A DNA stretch of 64,000 nucleotides. It comes from Gemmatimonadota bacterium. Lineage in GTDB: Bacteria > Gemmatimonadota > Gemmatimonadetes > Longimicrobiales > Gaopeijiaceae. The notes below the pieces were generated by a model that had not been told where the DNA came from, did not search any database, and worked only from the letters and a program-made list of their open reading frames with translations. Position 1 is the first letter of the stretch, and every line of letters begins with the position of its first letter. Shown in pieces: positions 19,268-28,489 of the stretch. A program made the position numbers and the translations under genes. Where the stretch lies: positions 20,517 to 84,516 of the forward strand of contig JBDHLC010000011.1 of assembly GCA_039586075.1 (NCBI GenBank), written 5' to 3'.

Positions 19268-20620
19268 TCAGCTCAACCCGGTTGCCACCGCCACGATGAC
19301 GGCCACGGCCCCGATCCCCATGAGCAGCGCCCACATCCGGAAGGCCACGGAGAACCACTCCTCGTAGCGGACCCCTGCGGCCGCCAGCACCGCCATGAGG
19401 GCGCCGTTCGTCGGCGTGATCATGTCCATGAGCCCGGCGCCGTACTGGTAGGCCAGGACGGTGACCTGGCGGGACATCCCCAACAGGTCCGCCAGGGGAG
19501 CGACGATGGGCATGGTCAGCACGGCCTGCCCGCTCACGCTGGACACGGGGATGTGCACCAGCGCCTGAGCGAAGACCATCCCCACCGCCGAGACCACGGT
19601 GGGGAGGTTGTCCAACGGGGTGAACAACCCCAGGACCAGGGTGTCGACCACGTGAGCGTCCTGAAGCACCAGGACGATGGCCCGGGCCATTCCGATGAGG
19701 ACGCCCGCGAAGGTCATGTCCCGGAAGCCGCGGACGAAGGCCTCGGCAGTCTCGGTCACCCCGAGACGTCCGATGAACCCGGCCAGGATTCCCAGGCCGA
19801 AGAAGGGCGCGGCCATCTGGAGGAAGTCCCACTCCGGGACCAGGATCCCCCACCCCAGGTAGGCGAAGGTCGCCGCGAGCGCGCCCAGGATGATCCAATC
19901 CCGGGGCGTGGCGGGGTCCTCCTCCACCACGGCGGATTCCCCTTCAACCCGGTGCCGGGCGGCGTACCGCAAAGTCAGAACGATCCACAGGGTCAGCGCG
20001 GCCACCAGGAAGACGACGCGGAAGCCGGTCCCGGACCCGGTGGGGATGCCCGCCGCCCCCTGGGCGATGACGACCTGGAAGGGGTTCATGGGTGAGAACG
20101 ACGACCCCAGCGCCGCGGGGCCCATGCTCACAAGCGCCGCCACCACCGGCGAGTACCCCAACCGGTGGGTCAGCACCAGGAGGATGGGGATCAGGGCAAC
20201 GATCTCCTCCGCCATGTTGTAGAGGGCTCCGCCGGCGGCGAACACGAGGCAGACCAGGGGGAGGATGATGGCGCTGCGGCCACCGACCGCTCGGACGAGC
20301 CACCCGACTCCTCGACCCAGGGCACCGGTGGCGTCCACCACCGTGAGGGCCCCGCCGATGAGGAAGATCAGGGCGATGATGTCCGCCACCTCGTTGATGC
20401 CCCTCGGAACGGCCACCAGGGCGTCCATGACCCCCACCGGATCCGCCTCCACCGGGTGGTACGAGCCGGCCACCGCCACCTCCCGGCCCAGCTCGGGATC
20501 GAGCACGCGGTCGAACTCCCCGGCGGGAAGTACCCAGGTGGCCGCGGCGGCGATGAAGACGCAGCCGCTCAGTAGGACCAGGGGATGCGGGAGCCAGTGG
20601 CGGGGGGCGCGGTGGGTCAT
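19268..20620 (-). CDS. YfcC-family (DcuC-like) membrane transporter
   Basis: 450-aa polytopic protein. The N-terminal pattern '...FIAAAATWVLPAGEFDR...' plus a periplasmic loop followed by 'INEVADIIALIFLIGGALTVV' is typical of YfcC. Confidence 0.8.
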   Translation of the reverse strand: MTHRAPRHWLPHPLVLLSGCVFIAAAATWVLPAGEFDRVLDPELGREVAVAGSYHPVEADPVGVMDALVAVPRGINEVADIIALIFLIGGALTVVDATGALGRGVGWLVRAVGGRSAIILPLVCLVFAAGGALYNMAEEIVALIPILLVLTHRLGYSPVVAALVSMGPAALGSSFSPMNPFQVVIAQGAAGIPTGSGTGFRVVFLVAALTLWIVLTLRYAARHRVEGESAVVEEDPATPRDWIILGALAATFAYLGWGILVPEWDFLQMAAPFFGLGILAGFIGRLGVTETAEAFVRGFRDMTFAGVLIGMARAIVLVLQDAHVVDTLVLGLFTPLDNLPTVVSAVGMVFAQALVHIPVSSVSGQAVLTMPIVAPLADLLGMSRQVTVLAYQYGAGLMDMITPTNGALMAVLAAAGVRYEEWFSVAFRMWALLMGIGAVAVIVAVATGLS

Positions 20621-20710
20621 GGTCTCGGGCGGCCGGAGGGAAACGAAAGCGCCCCGCCCGGCGGCCGGCCGGGCGGGGCGTGTATCGTCACACGAGTTCG
20701 TGGCGAGGCG

Positions 20711-21142
20711 TCACACCACCTCGATGTCGTAGCACACCCGCCAATTCGGGAGGGACTCCGGATCGTCCGGTCCCTCGTCGCCGGGGCGCTGCCGGCCGGC
20801 CCACGCGCTGGCGTCCCCGGAGAAGGTGCGGGAGTACTTCTCCAGCTTGTCGTTGGCCGAGAGCTGGTCGATCTCTTCCCCCTGGAGCTCAATCGTGAGG
20901 GAGTCACCGGCCTCTCCCTCGAAGATGATGAGGTCGATCTTGTCGATCTTGTTGAACCGGGGGTGGTCCGAAACCTCCCAGTGACCCTCTTCGGGGAGAC
21001 GGTACTCCTCGGTGTGGTTCCCGGAGGTGATGCGGGTCCTGAAGAAGAACTCGCCGTAGTCCTTGAAGACGGGCTCCAGCTTGTCCAGGACCTGGATCCA
21101 GCGGAGGATCACCCGGACGGTCTTTCCCGCATTCGCGCTCAT
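20711..21142 (-). CDS. hypothetical protein (143 aa)
   Basis: ATG at 21142 of ORF 20711..21211. It has protein-like composition (K/F/Y/I/E) and GC-rich third positions. No motif was recognised. Confidence 0.6.
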   Translation of the reverse strand: MSANAGKTVRVILRWIQVLDKLEPVFKDYGEFFFRTRITSGNHTEEYRLPEEGHWEVSDHPRFNKIDKIDLIIFEGEAGDSLTIELQGEEIDQLSANDKLEKYSRTFSGDASAWAGRQRPGDEGPDDPESLPNWRVCYDIEVV

Positions 21143-21259
21143 TCGGTCTCCCGTGCGGTTTGTCGTTGAAAGCAAGGCGTGATAAATAGTCCCCGGTCCC
21201 GGGGGCGGCAAGGCCGTTTTCCCCCTCCCGGCCTTACGTGTTCCATCCCCGGAGGTTGC

Positions 21260-24200
21260 ATGATCCGCAGTCGCTCACTCGCGGTGGTCCTCGCCGCCAC
21301 CGTCCTGACCCCCGCGCTCGTCCACTTCAGCGGGCCCCGAGCCCTGAACGCACAGGAGTCGCCCGCGCCCTCCTGGGTGCTGGACCCCCTGGATTGGAGG
21401 ATGGTGGGCCCGCACCGCGGAGGCCGCTCCACCGCGGTCACCGGCGTACCCGGGCTCCCGCACACCTACTACCAGGGCACGACGGGGGGCGGGGTGTGGA
21501 AGACCGAGGACGCGGGGAACACCTGGGTGAACCTCACCGACGGTCAGCTTCCCGTGGCGGCGGTGGGAGCCGTGGCCGTCGCCGAAGCGGACCCCAACGT
21601 GATCTACGTGGGAACGGGCTCGGCGTGCATTCGCGGAAACGTGTCCACGGGGCGGGGTCTGTACCGATCTCGGGACGGGGGGGACACGTGGAGCTTCATC
21701 GGCCTCGAGGATGCGGGTCAGGTGGGCGACATCCAGGTCCATCCTCGAGATGAGGACCTGGTCTACGTCGCGGCCCTGGGTCACGCGTTCGGGAAGAACG
21801 AAACGCGAGGCGTGTACCGGTCCCGCGACGGGGGGGAAACCTGGGAGAACGTCCTCTTCCTGAACGACTCCACGGGTGCCGTGGACCTGGCCATGAATCC
21901 CCATAACCCACGGGAGATCTACGCCGGAATGTGGCGGGCCGAGCGGAAGCCGTGGACCCTGATCTCCGGAGGTGAGGAGGGCGGTGTCTACAAGTCCACG
22001 GACGGCGGGGACACCTGGAAGAAGCTGGGCGGCGGGCTACCGGAGGGCGTGGTGGGGAAGGTGGGAGTCACGGTGAGCCCCGCGAACCCGGACCGGGTCT
22101 GGGCCATCGTCGAGGCGGAGCCCGAGGGAGGCGTCTACCGTTCCGACGACCGCGGTGAGAGCTGGGAGCGGATCAACAGCGAGAACCGACTCCGGCAGCG
22201 CGCCTGGTACTACACCCACATCGAGGCGGACCCCAACGACGAGCACACGGTGTGGGTGCTGAACACCGGTCTCTACCGGTCGGTGGACGGTGGTCGCAGC
22301 TACGAGCAGTTCGCCGTGCCCCACGGCGACGTGCACGACCTCTGGATCAGCTCCGACGACTCGAAGCTCATGGCGGTGGCCAACGACGGCGGCGCCCAGG
22401 TCAGCCTGAATGGAGCCGAGACCTGGTCCACCTACTACAACCAGCCCACGGCGGAGCTGTACGACGTCGTGGTGGACAACGACTTCCCCTACCGGCTCTG
22501 GGGATCACAGCAGGACAACGACGGCATCTCCGTCCCGGCCTTCCCGTCCCCGCATGACCTGCACCCGAAGTCGTCCTGGGAGTACGCGTCGTCGTGCGAG
22601 ACGGGGCCGGTGGCCTTCCATCCGGACCGCTCGGACATCGTCTGGGGCGGATGCTACGGCGGAGCCATCAACCGGCTCGACCGGACCACCGACCAGCGGC
22701 GCAACGTCATCGTGTATCCCCAGCTCCAGCTGGGTCAGGCGGCCCGCGACCTCCAGGAGCGGTTCCAGTGGGTGGCGCCCATCGTGGTCTCACCCCACGA
22801 CCCGGACGTAGTCTACCACGCCTCCCAGAGGGTGCATCGCACCGTGGACGGGGGAATGACCTGGGAGACCATCTCCCCGGACCTGACCACGAACAACCCG
22901 GAGCACCAGGCCCCGTCCGGTGGGCCCATCAACCACGACATCACCGGCGTGGAGATCTACAACACCATCTTCTCCCTGGCCGTGTCACCGCATTCGCCGG
23001 ACGTGATCTGGGCGGGAAGCGACGACGGTCGCATCCACGTGACCCGGAATGGGGGCGGGGACTGGCAGGACGTGACGCCACCGGGAATGCCGGCACTGGG
23101 AACCGTGGACGAGATCGATGTCTCGGTCCATCGGCCCGGACGGGTCACGGTGGCGGTGCAGCGCTACCGCATGGACGATTTCTCGCCGTACATCTTCCAG
23201 ACCGACGACTACGGTCGAAGCTGGGATCGACTGGCCGACGGCTCGAACGGGATCCCGGCCCATCACGCGGTGCGAACCGTGCGCGAGGACCCGGAGCGGG
23301 AAGGCCTGCTGGTGGCCGGAACCGAGTTCGGGATCTTCGTCTCGTTCGACGACGGGGCGCGCTGGCAATCCCTCCAACAGGACCTTCCAGCCACGCCGGT
23401 GAGTGGGCTCCGGATCACCCACGGCGACATCCAGATCTCCACCCAGGGCCGATCGTTCTGGATCCTGGACGACATGACACCCCTGCGGCAGTACCGTGAC
23501 GCCCTGGCCCAGGCTCCGGCCCACCTGTTCAAGCCCAAGGACCTGGTGCGCGCCACCATGTCGTCGGGCGGAGTGGGCGGCGAATACGCGCCGGAGCCCC
23601 ATCCGGGTGGCGCCATCCTGAACTACGCCATCAATGGCCCCGTGGAGGGCGAGGCACGCCTCGAGGTGATGGACGCGCAGGGTCGGGTGGCCACCTTCCT
23701 CACCACGGATTCGGCCGTCTCAGCAGAGCGGGGGATGCCCCGGCTGGATACCGCGCCCGGTGGTCACCGGGAGGTCTGGCCGCTCATGTACGACGGACCA
23801 CGACTGGCGGAGGGGGCCGTGGTGTGGGGCTACACGGGTGGGGTGAAGGCCCCTCCCGGGGCGTACACCGCCCGGCTCACCGTGAACGGGACCCGGTACG
23901 AGCAGTCGTTCACGGTCCTTCCGGACCCCAGGCTGGACGTGCCGCAGGCGGACTACCAGGAGCAGTTCCGCGTGGCGATGGCGGTCCGGGACTCGCTCCA
24001 GGCGGTGCACGACGCCATCGGGACCATCCGGGCGGTGGCGGAGCAGGTGGAGGGGGCTCTCGCCCGGGCGCGTGACGCGGGGGTGGAAGACCAGGTGGCT
24101 CCGCTGGCGGACACCATCGGCACGAGCCTCTCCGAGGTGGAGACACAGCTCCTCCAGACGCGGAGCGAGAGTGGCCAGGACCCCATCCGTTTCGCCGGCA

Positions 24201-24448
24201 TGCTGGACAACCAGTTGGCCGAGCTCTACGGGGCGGTGACGGGGACCGACGGGTACATCTCCGGCGGTCCGGAGGGGCGGCCCACGGCCGGCGCCATGGA
24301 CCGGCTGCAGGACCTCAATCGGCAATGGGAAGAGTTGCGGGTCCGCCTCCAGTTCATCCTGGAGAACGACGTCGCCCGATTCAACGAGCTCATGGAGAGC
24401 CTGGGTCTCCCCGCCGTTCGGGTCGAAGGGGGCCGGATCATCACGTAG
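21260..24448 (+). CDS. secreted sortilin/VPS10-like BNR (Asp-box) repeat beta-propeller protein
   Basis: ATG at 21260 after GGAGG, followed by a signal peptide. Asp-box motifs recur: 'SRDGGDTW', 'SRDGGETW', 'STDGGDTW', 'SDDRGESW', 'SVDGGRSY', 'TVDGGMTW', 'TRNGGGDW'. The product is 1062 aa. Confidence 0.85.
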   Translation: MIRSRSLAVVLAATVLTPALVHFSGPRALNAQESPAPSWVLDPLDWRMVGPHRGGRSTAVTGVPGLPHTYYQGTTGGGVWKTEDAGNTWVNLTDGQLPVAAVGAVAVAEADPNVIYVGTGSACIRGNVSTGRGLYRSRDGGDTWSFIGLEDAGQVGDIQVHPRDEDLVYVAALGHAFGKNETRGVYRSRDGGETWENVLFLNDSTGAVDLAMNPHNPREIYAGMWRAERKPWTLISGGEEGGVYKSTDGGDTWKKLGGGLPEGVVGKVGVTVSPANPDRVWAIVEAEPEGGVYRSDDRGESWERINSENRLRQRAWYYTHIEADPNDEHTVWVLNTGLYRSVDGGRSYEQFAVPHGDVHDLWISSDDSKLMAVANDGGAQVSLNGAETWSTYYNQPTAELYDVVVDNDFPYRLWGSQQDNDGISVPAFPSPHDLHPKSSWEYASSCETGPVAFHPDRSDIVWGGCYGGAINRLDRTTDQRRNVIVYPQLQLGQAARDLQERFQWVAPIVVSPHDPDVVYHASQRVHRTVDGGMTWETISPDLTTNNPEHQAPSGGPINHDITGVEIYNTIFSLAVSPHSPDVIWAGSDDGRIHVTRNGGGDWQDVTPPGMPALGTVDEIDVSVHRPGRVTVAVQRYRMDDFSPYIFQTDDYGRSWDRLADGSNGIPAHHAVRTVREDPEREGLLVAGTEFGIFVSFDDGARWQSLQQDLPATPVSGLRITHGDIQISTQGRSFWILDDMTPLRQYRDALAQAPAHLFKPKDLVRATMSSGGVGGEYAPEPHPGGAILNYAINGPVEGEARLEVMDAQGRVATFLTTDSAVSAERGMPRLDTAPGGHREVWPLMYDGPRLAEGAVVWGYTGGVKAPPGAYTARLTVNGTRYEQSFTVLPDPRLDVPQADYQEQFRVAMAVRDSLQAVHDAIGTIRAVAEQVEGALARARDAGVEDQVAPLADTIGTSLSEVETQLLQTRSESGQDPIRFAGMLDNQLAELYGAVTGTDGYISGGPEGRPTAGAMDRLQDLNRQWEELRVRLQFILENDVARFNELMESLGLPAVRVEGGRIIT

Positions 24449-24454
24449 GGGCCA

Positions 24455-24488
24455 GGGCGGCCGGCGCCGGACGTAGCGTCGGCCGCCC
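24455..24488 (+). terminator. stem-loop 7 nt after the stop of the BNR-repeat gene
   Basis: GGGCGGCCG-(16 nt)-CGGCCGCCC, a 9-bp stem with no T-tract. Confidence 0.4.
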
Positions 24489-24743
24489 CCCCACAGGTGG
24501 CGACGGGGCACGACCTTTGCAGTTCGCCCACCGTACCATATGACGTGGACATCCGGTCCGCCCGCGGCCCGACAGGCCGCGGTGGCAGCGTAGGGAAGGC
24601 CGTCTTCCCGACCGGCTCCATGGCTCCAACGCCAGCCACCGTGCGTTCACGATGATGATCGGTTCGTCGACCTACGTCCTCCTCCTCCGCCCAGGAGGTG
24701 GCGAGCCTCCGCGGCATGCCCCGAAAGGGCCGGGAGTGGCCAC

Positions 24744-26249
24744 GTGAAGCCGAGATTCCGCTTTCTGAACCGGCAGGGAGAGGCCGTCGAGGTCGCCTCC
24801 CTGGAGTCACTCACAGAGCTCTTCGAGTCGGGCAAGCTCGGACCCGATTCCGTCCTGCACGACGCCCTCACGGGATCCTGGGGCCCGGCGCGGATGCACC
24901 CCGTCTGCCAGCTCATCTTCGAGGAGATCGGGCTGGATTCCGGGGATGAAGTGACCCAGGAGCCTGCTTCCGGGAACGAAAAATCTGCCACCCCCGGAAC
25001 GGACGCGCCGGAATCGCGGGTCGCCGGACCCGGCCCGTCCGCACCCGGAGCGGGAGAGCTGACAGGACCGAGCCCCGTTGCCCCGGGGCCGGAGGATGCC
25101 CTGAACGAGCCGCCGGGTCAGGCCGCCCTGGACGCCGAGATGGCAGCGGCTCCCGCCCCGGCGAGCGAAGACCTCCCGGCGTTCCAGATCGTGCCGGAGG
25201 ACGAGGTCCAGGAGGACACCGTTCAGGCCTTCCTGAAAGCCCGCGAGAGGGAGCGGCAGGAGGAGGAGCTGCAGTCGGCCTCCGATACCGGTGAGGTCAC
25301 CCTGGTGAATGGGGACCAGGACACCCTGCGAGTCACCCCTTCCGACTTCACGAACCTGAACGAATCGGCGAGCGCTCGGCGTCGAGCCCGGGGCCCGTCA
25401 TGGCCCAAGTCGACGGACGCACGTTCTCGACTCCCGCGGCGGTCCGTGACCCCGGCCGACCGGGCCGGCGGGTCGCGTCAGCTCTCCCTGTTCATGCTGC
25501 TGCTGGCCGTGGGCTCCTGGGGGATCGTGGATGCGTGGAGCACCCAGCCCGTCATGAGCCAGCCGGTCATCGTGGGGGCCAGGAGCGGCCCCGCGCCCGT
25601 GACTCCCGCGCTTCGGACCGGTCCCCTGGTCCCCACGGACGCGGATGCCCGGGATGCGGCGTTCGAAGACATGGTGGCCGGGATGGAGCAGCTCCGAGAG
25701 CGGATGCGCGTCGGAGAGCCACCGGCCGCCTGGATGAGCGGCCACTACATGGCGGAAGCCGCGGCGTATCCGGAAGTGGCATCGTTCTGGACCCGCTACG
25801 GGGAGTTCGTCGACACCCTTCGGGTGGCCGAGGAGGAGCTCTTCCACACCGCGTTCCGCGACCGGATGCGGGAGCAGGGCCTTCGGGGGTCGGTGCTCAC
25901 GGTGCGGGAGGCCCGGGCCCTGCAGGACTTCCGAGCCGATGGCGCCCGTCGCTCGAGATACTACGACGCCATGGACGAGCTCGCGGATGCCAGCCTGTCC
26001 CTGCACGAGTTCCTGCGCGACCGCACCGGGGACATCGAATACACTCCGGTAGATCGGGGGGTCGCGGACGATCCGGTCCTGGAGATCGCGCCCACCGACG
26101 AGGCCACCCGTGACGAGCTGTGGAGTCGGCTCGATCGCGTCCTGGTGGCCCTGGACGAAGTGGCCGGGCCCGATCTGGATCGCCGGAGGGACGTCACGCA
26201 GCGTATCCTGGGGAGCCTCGGCACCTCGGGGCCCTCGAGCGAGCCATGA
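24744..26249 (+). CDS. uncharacterised single-pass membrane protein, GYF_2(DUF4339)-like N-terminus (paralog A)
   Basis: GTG start, 501 aa. The N-terminus 'RFRFLNRQGEAVEVASLESLTELFESGKLGPDSVLHDALTGSWGPA' is followed by an acidic/Pro-rich spacer. A basic stretch plus TM helix ('LSLFMLLLAVGSWGIV') comes next. The C-terminal domain of about 230 aa is shared with the next gene. Confidence 0.7.
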   Translation: MKPRFRFLNRQGEAVEVASLESLTELFESGKLGPDSVLHDALTGSWGPARMHPVCQLIFEEIGLDSGDEVTQEPASGNEKSATPGTDAPESRVAGPGPSAPGAGELTGPSPVAPGPEDALNEPPGQAALDAEMAAAPAPASEDLPAFQIVPEDEVQEDTVQAFLKARERERQEEELQSASDTGEVTLVNGDQDTLRVTPSDFTNLNESASARRRARGPSWPKSTDARSRLPRRSVTPADRAGGSRQLSLFMLLLAVGSWGIVDAWSTQPVMSQPVIVGARSGPAPVTPALRTGPLVPTDADARDAAFEDMVAGMEQLRERMRVGEPPAAWMSGHYMAEAAAYPEVASFWTRYGEFVDTLRVAEEELFHTAFRDRMREQGLRGSVLTVREARALQDFRADGARRSRYYDAMDELADASLSLHEFLRDRTGDIEYTPVDRGVADDPVLEIAPTDEATRDELWSRLDRVLVALDEVAGPDLDRRRDVTQRILGSLGTSGPSSEP

Positions 26250-26355
26250 GCCGGGGCCGCCTGCGGTAGGGTGTGTCACCGCCCGGTGGCACGGGCACCC
26301 GGTTTCAATGTAATTTCGCCAGGCCCCTTCCTTCCCCTGATGCAACGGCCGCCGA

Positions 26356-28362
26356 ATGCGCTTCGCCTACATCGACTCCCAGGGCAACGAAGTCAACATA
26401 CCGAGCGTGGACGCCCTCCGGTTGCGGATCGAATTGGGCGCAATCGTGGATGACACCGTCTTCCATGACTCGAACACGGGACGGTGGGCACCGGCGTCGG
26501 AGCACGAGATCTACCGGACGCTACGGCGGGAGCTCCACGACCTGGAGGCCGTGGGATTCGCCCCACCGCCTCCGGTCCCGGACCCGGAGCCCGAGCCGGT
26601 CCCTGCTACCCCGGACCGGGATTCCGAACCGGCATCCGCCACCCCGGACCCGGCCTCCCCGGAGCCCCTTCGTCCCGAGCCTCCCCTGGCGGGTGTCGGG
26701 ACGGACGAGCCTCTGCTGTCGCCACCCGTCTCGCCGGGGTTCGCCGGCGGAGCCGCCGCACGGGCGAGCGCTGCCCAGGGGGTTGGCGACCCCGCCGCGG
26801 CCCCGGAGACCGACGTTGAATCGGCCCCGGAGATGGAACCCGACCGGGGAAGCGCGGAGCTGCCGGGAGACCTCGGACTGGATCTGGACTCCCTCGTGCC
26901 GGAGATGGATGGGCCTTCGGACTCGTTGGACGACTGGATCGGAGAGGATCCCGGGACCCCCGACGGGGAGGAAACCGGGGACGCGGATGACTTCACGTGG
27001 GGAATCGACCTCGAGCTGGTTTCGGGATTCGGAGAGGACGCCACACCGGCGCTGGCTCGGGACCTGGAACCCCCCTCCGAGGCCGAGGCGTTCGCTCCAC
27101 CCGACCCGGAGTCGTTCGCGGTCGGCGATCCCGCCGCCATCCACGATGCACCGCCCTCCGAGCCGGTGGAGGAGACAAGCCCCGAGGCGGAGTCGCCGGC
27201 TGAGGACGCCATGCCGGCGCCGATGGAGGGCCTGACCACCGAACCCGACCTCTCCGGTGTGTGGGGGGAGGACGCGGAGGAGACTCCGCTGCCCATGGAG
27301 CCTGAAGTGCCCGAGGCGGCCCACGGTCTCAACCTGGAGCCCACACTGGCCGAGTCGTTCGAGGGCCGGGTGGATCCGGCGGTTCCCGAGATGACGTTCG
27401 AAACGCCGCTGGGGCCCGACGACGAGGAGGTGGCGCCGGATTGGGTGACCCAGGAGTCACCGTCGGAATGGGCGGCGGTGGCCGAGGACGATCCTGAGGC
27501 GGAGCTGCCGGGGGTCCTGGAGGTCCCGGAGGCCCGGGTGCGCAGTCGCCCACGGAGTGCGCCGCAGCAGCGGAAGCTCCGACGCGCCGGCACACCGGGG
27601 GCCGGTCGGGTGGCCGTCCTGGCGTTGACTGCCGTGGCGGTGGGAGTAGGGGGGTGGTACGGCTGGAATTACTTCCTCGGAGGGAGTGGTGGGGGAGCTG
27701 GGACCCAGATCGAGGTGCTGAACCTGCCCGCGATCCCGCCGGAGCTCGTACCGGAGATGCGCCGCGTGTCCGCGGCGGCGGTGCAGTCCATTCCAGAGGG
27801 CCTGGGGCAGCTTCCCGAGCGAGCGGAGATCCCGCGGGCTCCAGACGGGGAGTGGCTCGCGGGGCGGTACCTGGCGAACGCCAGCGCCTACGGTTCCGTG
27901 CCCGAGTACTGGAGGAGCATCCTGCGGTACCTCTCCGCCGTGGAGGGCGCGGAGGACGGACTCTTCAGCGAGGCGCTCGACCGCGAGATCGAGTCGGCCG
28001 AGCTGAGCGAGTCCGACGGCGAGCTCATCCGGGACCGGGCGTTGGCGGGGTGGGAGGCGGCCGCGTCCGACCGGGAGCTGGTCTACCGACAGCTCCGGTC
28101 GGTGGCCACCGCGGCGCTGGAGCTCCACCGCTTCCTGCTCGGGAACGAGGACCAGATCGACTATGAACCGGCCGCCGCGGGTCTCTCGCGGGATCCGGTG
28201 TTGGAGGCCGTACCGTCCAATGAGGCCCTGGGCGTGGCCATGTGGGACCGGGTGGCGGCCATCACCAGCGCGCTGGACAGCCTGGGGTATCTCGAGACGA
28301 TCAACACCGAGGGCCTGCTGGGCGCGTTCCTGGAGACGCTGGTGTCCACCCCGATCCGGTGA
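26356..28362 (+). CDS. uncharacterised single-pass membrane protein, GYF_2(DUF4339)-like N-terminus (paralog B)
   Basis: ATG start, 668 aa, with the same architecture as 24744..26249. The N-terminus is 'MRFAYIDSQGNEVNIPSVDALRLRIELGAIVDDTVFHDSNTGRWAPA'. A spacer of about 330 aa rich in Pro/Glu/Asp follows, then the TM helix 'VAVLALTAVAVGVGGWYGW'. The C-terminal domain is homologous to paralog A. Confidence 0.7.
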   Translation: MRFAYIDSQGNEVNIPSVDALRLRIELGAIVDDTVFHDSNTGRWAPASEHEIYRTLRRELHDLEAVGFAPPPPVPDPEPEPVPATPDRDSEPASATPDPASPEPLRPEPPLAGVGTDEPLLSPPVSPGFAGGAAARASAAQGVGDPAAAPETDVESAPEMEPDRGSAELPGDLGLDLDSLVPEMDGPSDSLDDWIGEDPGTPDGEETGDADDFTWGIDLELVSGFGEDATPALARDLEPPSEAEAFAPPDPESFAVGDPAAIHDAPPSEPVEETSPEAESPAEDAMPAPMEGLTTEPDLSGVWGEDAEETPLPMEPEVPEAAHGLNLEPTLAESFEGRVDPAVPEMTFETPLGPDDEEVAPDWVTQESPSEWAAVAEDDPEAELPGVLEVPEARVRSRPRSAPQQRKLRRAGTPGAGRVAVLALTAVAVGVGGWYGWNYFLGGSGGGAGTQIEVLNLPAIPPELVPEMRRVSAAAVQSIPEGLGQLPERAEIPRAPDGEWLAGRYLANASAYGSVPEYWRSILRYLSAVEGAEDGLFSEALDREIESAELSESDGELIRDRALAGWEAAASDRELVYRQLRSVATAALELHRFLLGNEDQIDYEPAAAGLSRDPVLEAVPSNEALGVAMWDRVAAITSALDSLGYLETINTEGLLGAFLETLVSTPIR

Positions 28363-28400
28363 CGCCCCGCAGGCGGGCCGCCACCACGTCGAAGGAAGGG

Positions 28401-28439
28401 AGAGAGGGGGGACGGGTGCTGGACCCGTCCCCCCTCTCT
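28401..28439. terminator. perfect 17-bp hairpin between convergent genes
   Basis: AGAGAGGGGGGACGGGT-gctgg-ACCCGTCCCCCCTCTCT followed by TT, located between the stops at 28362 (+) and 28490 (-). Confidence 0.65.
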
Positions 28440-28489
28440 TTCGTCCGGTGTGGCGGGACCTCGCGCCGGCGGTGGCCCCGGGCTCCGGG

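Noticed and set aside
19146-19898. N-terminal extension of the radical SAM ORF 18087..19898
   Set aside because: It is Arg/Gly/Pro-rich and antisense to the YfcC transporter gene. The radical SAM homology starts near the ATG at 19145.
26560-27560. Repetitive-looking Pro/Glu/Asp-rich DNA, considered as a tandem repeat or CRISPR-like array
   Set aside because: There are no regularly spaced identical repeats. It is a compositionally biased coding spacer within the 26356..28362 gene.
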